30,744 nucleotides of DNA from a virus (Duplodnaviria > Caudoviricetes). The stretch's first letter is position 1. Every line of letters begins with the position of its first letter. Made by a program: the position numbers and the translations under genes. The stretch is from positions 1-30,744 of IMG/VR virus record IMGVR_UViG_3300032227_000555; one strand, 5' to 3'. Below the pieces are notes generated by a model. That model searched no databases and was not told the origin of the DNA. It worked only from the letters and a program-made list of their open reading frames with translations. Below are positions 17,339-24,396 of this stretch, one piece after another.

Positions 17339-17765
17339 ATAAAATTATATTTTCTGAACGATTTATATATTCGTTATTATTAACCGAATAAGTATCAATA
17401 TCTTGATTTGTAACGAATACTTTGTCTTTATAAATCAATTTGCTTGTATGCTCAAATAATGCTAAAAAAGTGTATAAACAACTTTCTGCCTCATATACTC
17501 CACCTTCTGCAACTACTCTTGATGCAAAATTATCAATTGCATATTTATCAGAATTTTGATTTATAGTTAAGCTATAAAAATGTCCTTCTTCTAATGCAAC
17601 TATTTTTGAAAATTTAGTATAAAAACTTTCATTAGTGCAATCAATATAATAATTTGTTTGCTCATTTGTGCTTTCATTTTTTAAAAATAATTCATTAGGG
17701 ACTCCATCTCTTGTCGGAATAAACTTAATTATTTGAGCCGTACCTATTGCTTTTAAAATCTTCAT
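17331..17765 (-). CDS. Putative head-closure/structural protein (144 aa)
   Basis: Likely start MKILKAIG at 17765, after a terminator and late promoter; beta-rich. Confidence 0.55.
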   Translation of the reverse strand: MKILKAIGTAQIIKFIPTRDGVPNELFLKNESTNEQTNYYIDCTNESFYTKFSKIVALEEGHFYSLTINQNSDKYAIDNFASRVVAEGGVYEAESCLYTFLALFEHTSKLIYKDKVFVTNQDIDTYSVNNNEYINRSENIILYD

Positions 17766-17771
17766 TAATGT

Positions 17772-17795
17772 ATAAACGCAAAAAAGTGTTTTTGT
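17772..17795 (-). promoter_or_regulatory. Putative late promoter ACAAAA-N11-CGTTTAT
   Basis: Motif copy directly after a terminator. Confidence 0.65.
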
Positions 17796-17808
17796 TTTCT
17801 TTTTAACG

Positions 17809-17831
17809 AAAAAAGGGAGCAAATGCCCCCT
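17809..17831 (-). terminator. Intrinsic terminator after the major tail gene
   Basis: AGGGGGC-AUUU-GCUCCCU followed by a U run. Confidence 0.8.
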
Positions 17832-17855
17832 AATTTCTCATCAAACAAACAAAAA

Positions 17856-18383
17856 TTAACTTCCTAGCGTAACTGTTACGCCTGCAAGTGTTAATGTAGT
17901 TGTAATAAAGTTTGCAGGTACTGGCTCCTCACCTACAATTGTAAGTGTATAACCTGACATATCGCCCATTGCTGCACCTGTAACAATTGTACCTCCAGTA
18001 ACCTCAAGACCATTCTTTAAACCACAATAAAAAAAGTTTCCATTGTTATCTTCTACGATGGCTTGTGGTCTTCCGTAAGCTAGTAATTTAATCTGCTTAT
18101 GGTCCTTAATTGATAATTGCTTTAAACTTAAATTTAAAGTTTGTGTGAAAAAAGTAGTTCCATTTTCACGACTTGAATTGATTGTTTGTTCAAATGAACT
18201 TGATCCTTTCAAATCATATTTGAATCCAATTGGAGTACCTGCAATTGCAGTAATAGCATCTGTATTTGTTGCATCGTATGTAACTCCAGTCGCATCTCCT
18301 TCAGTCATGAAATAAACTGCCTTTAATCCACCAACTGCTGTTTTGCAAGGCTCTAATCTCCCCAATGTAATATCGCAAGGCAT
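17856..18383 (-). CDS. Major tail (tube) protein, putative
   Basis: 175 aa, beta-rich (SRENGTTFFTQTL, GAAMGDMSGYTLT); flanked by terminators. Confidence 0.7.
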   Translation of the reverse strand: MPCDITLGRLEPCKTAVGGLKAVYFMTEGDATGVTYDATNTDAITAIAGTPIGFKYDLKGSSSFEQTINSSRENGTTFFTQTLNLSLKQLSIKDHKQIKLLAYGRPQAIVEDNNGNFFYCGLKNGLEVTGGTIVTGAAMGDMSGYTLTIVGEEPVPANFITTTLTLAGVTVTLGS

Positions 18384-18403
18384 ATTGATTGTATTTTAAA
18401 GTG

Positions 18404-18434
18404 AAAAATAAGCACCCCAAATTAATGAGGTGCT
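18404..18434 (-). terminator. Intrinsic terminator after the major capsid gene
   Basis: AGCACCUCA-UUAAUU-UGGGGUGCU followed by UAUUUUU. Confidence 0.75.
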
Positions 18435-18441
18435 ATTTAAA

Positions 18442-19395
18442 TTAGTTTGCAGAATTTGTAATTCCGTAAGTAACAATATCAGAAGCAAATCCGTATTGAA
18501 CTCCTGCAAGCATTCTCATTACAATTCTAACATTCTGTGAACCATCAATAGGACCCATATCAATCACCTGAACTTCTGCAAGGTCAGAAAGTAAATCTGT
18601 ACCAAAGTATAAGTTAGATTTTTGAGCAGCAATTGCTTTAGTTGATGCTAATCCATCTGCGACAAAGATCTTAATACCATCAAAAGTAAGAGATCCATTG
18701 TTATACCATTGAGTTCCCATTGTGTTAGTACCATTAGCACCTAAACCTGAAGAACCAAATCCACCCAAAGCACGAATGTAAGCACGAGCCATAGCTTGAG
18801 ATACATAAATGTAAAGGTCATCTTTAGTGTATAAAGAAGATGGAATAGCATCTGCAATTTTACCTAATTCAGTAATAATTGTTGAAGCAGAAACTGCAGC
18901 ACCTGCAACCTCATTAGCTGATGGCAAAGAAGCATCTGCAGCCAATAATGTAGAAAGACCATTAAATTCACCTGCATTAGCAGTAACACCTTCCCAAATG
19001 TTAGTTTCATTTTTTGCAGCAACTTTAGCAGCAACGTGAGCCACTAAAAATTCTTGAAATGATTTTGGTAATACTTTAAATGCTGAAAATCCTTGTTCTG
19101 CTCCAAGCCAGTCCGATACAAAATCTTTCTTACATAATTGTAAGTTTACTTGAAATTCTTCAGGTGCTAAAATCTTTTCAGTAATAGTAACAGTCGATGT
19201 AGCATCGAAATCACAAGTTGCATCTTTAAGAATGGCATCAGTACCAATTCTTTTAATGACTTGCTTATATTGTACGTTTGGCTTTACTTCAATACCACCT
19301 CTGTCGATAGTAGGTGAAGAAAGCAATGATGCCGCAATAATCTTATTAGCGTATTGACCGGCATAGGTAGTGGTTAGACTTAAAGTAGTTGCCAT
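18442..19395 (-). CDS. Major capsid protein
   Basis: 317 aa, Ala/Gly-rich, follows the scaffold gene and precedes a terminator; ETNIWEG..., NLYFGTDL. Confidence 0.85.
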   Translation of the reverse strand: MATTLSLTTTYAGQYANKIIAASLLSSPTIDRGGIEVKPNVQYKQVIKRIGTDAILKDATCDFDATSTVTITEKILAPEEFQVNLQLCKKDFVSDWLGAEQGFSAFKVLPKSFQEFLVAHVAAKVAAKNETNIWEGVTANAGEFNGLSTLLAADASLPSANEVAGAAVSASTIITELGKIADAIPSSLYTKDDLYIYVSQAMARAYIRALGGFGSSGLGANGTNTMGTQWYNNGSLTFDGIKIFVADGLASTKAIAAQKSNLYFGTDLLSDLAEVQVIDMGPIDGSQNVRIVMRMLAGVQYGFASDIVTYGITNSAN

Positions 19396-19417
19396 TTTTT
19401 AATTTGTAATTTAATTG

Positions 19418-20017
19418 TTATGAAAATATTTTTGTAAACACACTATCAAGAATTGTTTCAGGTCTATTTTGACCGTATGCAAATCCTTCATTTTTTACTT
19501 TAGCTTCAGGATTTTGAACAATTGGTTCTGCTCCTTCTTCTTGAGAATTTAATTTAATTTCCAATGCTTCTTTTTCTTTTTTCAAAGACTCATTTTCTGC
19601 TTTAACTTCATTGATCTGTAATGATAATTCCGTTCTTAATTTTTCAATTTCTGCAAAAAAAGTCTCTTTGCTAACTGATTCAACCACTCTTTTAGCTTGT
19701 GGTGCTTGTTGTGCAACTTCTGCCTCCACATTAATTTCAACAGGTGCTTCTGGCATATTAGTTTCTGCAGGTGTAGCCTCTTTTACTTCAGCTATAATAC
19801 CTTCAACTTTAACGACCAAAACCATTCCATCTTCTAATGTGTACTCGCCAATAGGCATAGGTACAATACCATCAGCAGTAACAATACCAACTGAAAAATC
19901 AGGTGCAAACTCTTCCGCTTCGATAATGGTAACACCATCTTCTAACTTCATCTGCGCCAAATTAATCTGAAAGCCTAAAACTGCTTTAACTCGATTTTTT
20001 GTGCTTTTGTATTCCAT
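19418..20017 (-). CDS. Capsid scaffolding protein
   Basis: Acidic, coiled coil, PIGEYTLEDG motif, C-terminal amphipathic helix; upstream of the capsid gene. Confidence 0.7.
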   Translation of the reverse strand: MEYKSTKNRVKAVLGFQINLAQMKLEDGVTIIEAEEFAPDFSVGIVTADGIVPMPIGEYTLEDGMVLVVKVEGIIAEVKEATPAETNMPEAPVEINVEAEVAQQAPQAKRVVESVSKETFFAEIEKLRTELSLQINEVKAENESLKKEKEALEIKLNSQEEGAEPIVQNPEAKVKNEGFAYGQNRPETILDSVFTKIFS

Positions 20018-20027
20018 ATATATATAT

Positions 20028-20393
20028 TTAAATTGATTGTGCGCCTTTTAGCAAATTATTAAAATAATCAGTTTTTAATTTTATAATACGGGTATAAAAA
20101 GACAATGCTTTTTCTGCTTCATTTTTTAAATTAGCATCTTTTGTTCTATTAGCTTCTTGAATAGTTACAAGTAAACTTCCTTCAACATCTTTTACTAATT
20201 TGTTAAATTTGCTTTTTTCGGTATTTATTGCAGTTAATACATTTTTTTTCATATCACCATTAACATAAATATCCATACGATTTAATACTTTTTTTACTCC
20301 ATCTGGAATACTTGCTAATTCTACTTTTTGTGATTCTAATTCTACTTTATCAGCAGAAAATAATTTTTCAAATACTTTGCTTTCTATGCTCAT
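20028..20393 (-). CDS. Helical hypothetical protein; candidate internal head protein
   Basis: N-terminus resembles the scaffold C-terminus; tandem KVEL motifs. Confidence 0.5.
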   Translation of the reverse strand: MSIESKVFEKLFSADKVELESQKVELASIPDGVKKVLNRMDIYVNGDMKKNVLTAINTEKSKFNKLVKDVEGSLLVTIQEANRTKDANLKNEAEKALSFYTRIIKLKTDYFNNLLKGAQSI

Positions 20394-20394
20394 T

Positions 20395-20583
20395 TTAGTT
20401 GCTTGTTGTGATTAAAACTCTTGGACTATTTGTATTTACTATTGTAGATGGTACACTTTGAACTAATGAACCCACTCCTTGTGATTGTAATTCGCCATCA
20501 CAACAATCACTATTGTATGTGCCATCTGCACATAAACATCCTCTATTCCCACCCTTTGGACTCGATGATTTATCTCTACTCAT
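20395..20583 (-). CDS. Small Cys-rich protein in the head module
   Basis: GCLC...DCCDG. Confidence 0.6.
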   Translation of the reverse strand: MSRDKSSSPKGGNRGCLCADGTYNSDCCDGELQSQGVGSLVQSVPSTIVNTNSPRVLITTSN

Positions 20584-21154
20584 TTTCTAATATGTTTAAA
20601 ATTTGACTTACTAATTCTTCATCTTTAATATCAGGCAATAATTCCAAACTTAATTTATCAGCAAAATAACCCTCAATAGAAAACCCCTTAATCTCACCAC
20701 TCTTTGCTTTAGCCCAAATTTCTTCATTGTCTGCTTTCATTGATACCATCCAAGTTCCTTTAGGTAAACTAAACCCGTATGATTTAGATTTATCCATTTC
20801 AGGATCTGTAATTAGCCAAGATTCAACCAATGACATACCATCTATTTTAGTTTTATGTTGTAATGTGGCATTAGATTGGTTTCCATTCTTTAAATACATT
20901 TGGCTCGCTTGTTCTACCGTACTTTCGCTAAAATAAACTTGGTATTTAGATTTTCCATCTTTACGGAAAATCATTTTATTAGGGATTAATGCTGGTCCCA
21001 TTAATATTTTCTTTTCTGTATCTACTTCGGCCAAATTCATTTCATACTCTTTTGCCAAAGTAATAAAGTTGCTTTCAATCGCTGGTCTATCCACCAAACT
21101 TATGGCTTCAATTCCATCTTCGTCACTAGAAATAATTAATTCGATTATTTTCAT
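20576..21154 (-). CDS. Prohead protease (XkdF-like putative serine peptidase)
   Basis: AISLVDRPAIE, GPALIP, ATLQH, VESW, GTW, KGFSIEG. Confidence 0.85.
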   Translation of the reverse strand: MKIIELIISSDEDGIEAISLVDRPAIESNFITLAKEYEMNLAEVDTEKKILMGPALIPNKMIFRKDGKSKYQVYFSESTVEQASQMYLKNGNQSNATLQHKTKIDGMSLVESWLITDPEMDKSKSYGFSLPKGTWMVSMKADNEEIWAKAKSGEIKGFSIEGYFADKLSLELLPDIKDEELVSQILNILENE

Positions 21155-21159
21155 AACGT

Positions 21160-21183
21160 ATAAACGTATATTTTATATTTTGT
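21160..21183 (-). promoter_or_regulatory. Putative late promoter ACAAAA-N11-CGTTTAT
   Basis: Motif copy before the head operon. Confidence 0.65.
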
Positions 21184-21193
21184 TACATTTTCA

Positions 21194-22687
21194 TTATCCT
21201 AAACTTGCAGACATAACCTTATTTCTGTCCAAAGATTGTTGAGAACTTATTTCAGATGAAACGACATAAGCCTTTATTGGTTCTTGATTTTGACCGACTA
21301 CCTGTGCAATTTGATTAACACCACTTGTACCAACTACGTTAAATTGTGGTGCAGTTGAATAACTTGGTGTCATTTGTTGATTTCCAAAAGACATATCACT
21401 ACCACTTGCAGTACCTGATCTAATATCTTGAATACCTTTTGCACCAGCAGCTATTGCAGAAGCAACACTAATACCTCCAGCAACTAATTCAGTAATTCCT
21501 AATGGACTTACATACCCATATTTAGCTGCATTTTTTTGAGTATTAATAATAATTGAAGCAACTGCAGCAGATTGTTCTAAAATAATTCCTGCAATTGCTA
21601 ATTCTTTATTATCTCCTGCAATTTGTCTTAAACCTTGACCAATACGCATCATATTTGAAACAAATGCTTCTTGAATTGCAGATTTTGTATCTGCTTCCGC
21701 TTGATTAATAGCAATTATTTCATCAGACTTCTTTTTTTCTAATGCTATTTCAGTATCAATTCTATTTGTTAATGATTTAAATAAATTTTGGCTTACATTT
21801 TTTTGACCTTCTTGTAATTTATCTACATACCCTGTATTTAATTCATTTACATTTGATAATCTATTATTATAATTTTTCTCATCATCTTCTTTTGCTTTAT
21901 CGAGTAATTTTTGATTCCTTTCTAATAAATCTTTAATATCTTGGTCTTGCTTTTCACTTGCTTCTAATCTTGCTTTTCTTCTTTTTTCTAATTCCTCTTT
22001 TTCAGTTTTGGTTTGTTGCTTTGCTCCATTCTCAAAGTTTTTTACCGAAATATCATAATTCTTGCTAAAATCGGTTACAGATGCTTTGGCATCTTTCCAA
22101 GCACCACTAAAATCTCCTTTAATAAATTTAACTACTGAACTTCCAAGACTTCCTAATGATTGAATGACTGCCGTGACTGATCCGTAAACAACTTGCATTG
22201 CTTTTGATACCATAGGCAAAGCACTAATAGCCAAGTCAACTAACGTATTAAATAATGGTTCAATGGCTGCAAAAACTCCATTAAATATTTTTTCTAATCC
22301 AGTAAATAAAGGTTGTAATTTTTTGACTGATTTTTCATTGTCATTAAATGCAGTAACTAAACCACCTACTAAAGAAACAAGTAATCCAATACCTGTTGCT
22401 TTTAATGCTGAACCAAATGATTGAGTTGCAACTTTTGCTTTATTAATTGCTCCGCCAAGTTCTCCCAAAGGACCACCAGCCATTTGTAAAGTATCAACCC
22501 AATCAGAAGACACATTTTTAGCAGATTTAATTTTATCTTCTAAATCATCAATTTGATTATAAAGATTTTTGAATGCCTCTGTGCCAACTTCTGTACTTTT
22601 TAATTCTTTCTTTAATTCTTTTAATTGCTTAATAGATCCACCAATATTATTGGATACATTTAAATCAACTTCTATTTCTGTTGCCAT
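21194..22687 (-). CDS. Tail tape measure protein
   Basis: 497 aa, helical/coiled coil with ALKATGIGLLVSLVG hydrophobic segments. Confidence 0.8.
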   Translation of the reverse strand: MATEIEVDLNVSNNIGGSIKQLKELKKELKSTEVGTEAFKNLYNQIDDLEDKIKSAKNVSSDWVDTLQMAGGPLGELGGAINKAKVATQSFGSALKATGIGLLVSLVGGLVTAFNDNEKSVKKLQPLFTGLEKIFNGVFAAIEPLFNTLVDLAISALPMVSKAMQVVYGSVTAVIQSLGSLGSSVVKFIKGDFSGAWKDAKASVTDFSKNYDISVKNFENGAKQQTKTEKEELEKRRKARLEASEKQDQDIKDLLERNQKLLDKAKEDDEKNYNNRLSNVNELNTGYVDKLQEGQKNVSQNLFKSLTNRIDTEIALEKKKSDEIIAINQAEADTKSAIQEAFVSNMMRIGQGLRQIAGDNKELAIAGIILEQSAAVASIIINTQKNAAKYGYVSPLGITELVAGGISVASAIAAGAKGIQDIRSGTASGSDMSFGNQQMTPSYSTAPQFNVVGTSGVNQIAQVVGQNQEPIKAYVVSSEISSQQSLDRNKVMSASLG

Positions 22688-22824
22688 TTTATTAATCTAT
22701 TAATTTGTCTAAATCCTTTTTTCCAAGTCTTTGGAATTTCATTTTTACCTTTTGCAATCTCTATTGATTCGTGTACTCCGTAATGATTATTAATCATTAG
22801 CAAGTCTAATATGTTCTTTATCAT
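22672..22824 (-). CDS. Small basic protein upstream of the tape measure gene (50 aa, not in ORF track)
   Basis: MIKNILDLLMINNHYGVHESIEIAKGKNEIPKTWKKGFRQINRLIKWQQK; overlaps the TMP start. Confidence 0.55.
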   Translation of the reverse strand: MIKNILDLLMINNHYGVHESIEIAKGKNEIPKTWKKGFRQINRLIKWQQK

Positions 22825-22847
22825 AAACGTAATTTTTAAGTTTTTGT
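22823..22847 (-). promoter_or_regulatory. Putative late promoter ACAAAA-N12-CGTTTAT
   Basis: Motif copy; its last bases overlap the ATG at 22824. Confidence 0.55.
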
Positions 22848-22848
22848 C

Positions 22849-23472
22849 TTAATTTCTATTGATATAATAGAATGGATTTTCGTGCGAATAAAATGAATCA
22901 TCAATTAAATAGTTAATTGGTTTTAAATATTTAAACCAATCATGCGCCCACATATTAACATCTAAATCTTTAATCTGATTATAAAAATCTAATAACATTG
23001 GTGATGGAATGACATAAAAATTATCATCGCATAAATTAGATACATCGCCACATCTTGACCTTGAAGAAATATTAAAACTATTAGGATCAAATGTAAAATT
23101 TGTAATGTTTTGCATGAATATTAAATCGTACCTTGTCAATAAAATGTAATTAAACTTCTGATAATCAGAATCTAAAATCAATTTTAATAAATTCTTAAAT
23201 GTATTATTTCGAGATCTCCAATTAGCATCTAAATCATTAGGAATATTTACTAAATCAGTAGTTACAATTCTTTCAATATTATAATCAGTAATTAAATTTT
23301 CAAGTACTGGCGAATTATAAGTAGATGCAAAAAATGTGCAATCAAAATGATCAAATATAAACCATTTATTATTCTCAATAGATTTTCTATAATCTACGGT
23401 TGGCCTCCACCCCATCCAATGGTTTAAATTTTCTTTGTAATGTATACCAAATAATCCGACTAATATTTTCAT
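22849..23472 (-). CDS. Putative glycosyltransferase-like protein (GT-A-like)
   Basis: MKILVGLFG first strand, YILLTRYDL (RxD) motif, CDDNF, late H-x-W. Confidence 0.5.
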   Translation of the reverse strand: MKILVGLFGIHYKENLNHWMGWRPTVDYRKSIENNKWFIFDHFDCTFFASTYNSPVLENLITDYNIERIVTTDLVNIPNDLDANWRSRNNTFKNLLKLILDSDYQKFNYILLTRYDLIFMQNITNFTFDPNSFNISSRSRCGDVSNLCDDNFYVIPSPMLLDFYNQIKDLDVNMWAHDWFKYLKPINYLIDDSFYSHENPFYYINRN

Positions 23473-24389
23473 AATAATGGTGAGTTTAAACCTGCTTTTT
23501 GAACTTCGTTATAATAGTAATAGCTTGCTCGATTTTTATCTATATCTAAATTTAAATTGTAAGGTAATTTATCAATGTATTGTCCTTTGTAAAACATACC
23601 GCTATTTGAATCAGGAACCCCAGCGTTATGAAGAATTTTGTAATTAATTGAATCCGATATATCGCTTGTGGACCACCCAAAATCTAATTCCTTAACTACC
23701 TTTGTTTGATGTCCAAAAAACCATGCATTGTAAAGCAATGACCACATCCCAGCAGTCCATTTTTGTATTGGATAATCATTTTCATATTTAGGTACATGAT
23801 AAGGTTCTTTATTTATAAAATATTGATATAAACTTATCGAATCTCTTTCAACCTTGTCCCAAAAATTAAAATCTGTTCCCTTTACTATGTATTGCGCTCC
23901 ACCACTATGATCGTTCATTAGTTTAGGAATTAAAGTATCAATGCCAACAATTCTGCACATATCAATCAATAAATCTTCTCCTTTTTGCATGATATAATCA
24001 TAGTTGATATAACTATTTGTATTGCTTAAATACCAAACCTTATCTTTTTCAAATTTTGAATAATCAGGTGTACTTGTAAATACTATGTCGCTATCATGCA
24101 AGAATAAAACTTCATCTTTTAAATGTGGATTTGATGCAAGATGTTGTTTCATCAAGTTAAAATAAATTGATGGGATATAACTTCCATTTTCTCTTGTGTC
24201 TTTATAGAAAAAAAATCGTACTGGATAATGTGTTTGTAAAATTCTCCACTTTGATAAATCCTGATTTTGGTAACCTAATAAAATATCAATTTGATTTGGA
24301 TTGATACCATTAGATATAAAATTATTAATGAACGTTTCGACTTGCCATAAGTAATAATCATTCGCAGGCTGACAACAGATATACCTCAT
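23469..24389 (-). CDS. Putative peptide O-glycosyltransferase (GT-A; GT95/GT96-like motifs)
   Basis: YYLWQ, FLHDSDIVF (DxD), GGAQY, WTAGMW, ILHNAG, FYKG. Confidence 0.6.
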   Translation of the reverse strand: MRYICCQPANDYYLWQVETFINNFISNGINPNQIDILLGYQNQDLSKWRILQTHYPVRFFFYKDTRENGSYIPSIYFNLMKQHLASNPHLKDEVLFLHDSDIVFTSTPDYSKFEKDKVWYLSNTNSYINYDYIMQKGEDLLIDMCRIVGIDTLIPKLMNDHSGGAQYIVKGTDFNFWDKVERDSISLYQYFINKEPYHVPKYENDYPIQKWTAGMWSLLYNAWFFGHQTKVVKELDFGWSTSDISDSINYKILHNAGVPDSNSGMFYKGQYIDKLPYNLNLDIDKNRASYYYYNEVQKAGLNSPLL

Positions 24390-24396
24390 ATAAAAA

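Noticed and set aside
20016-20027. Short (AT)n run before the scaffold start as a phase-variation site
   Set aside because: Too short to be significant in an AT-rich genome
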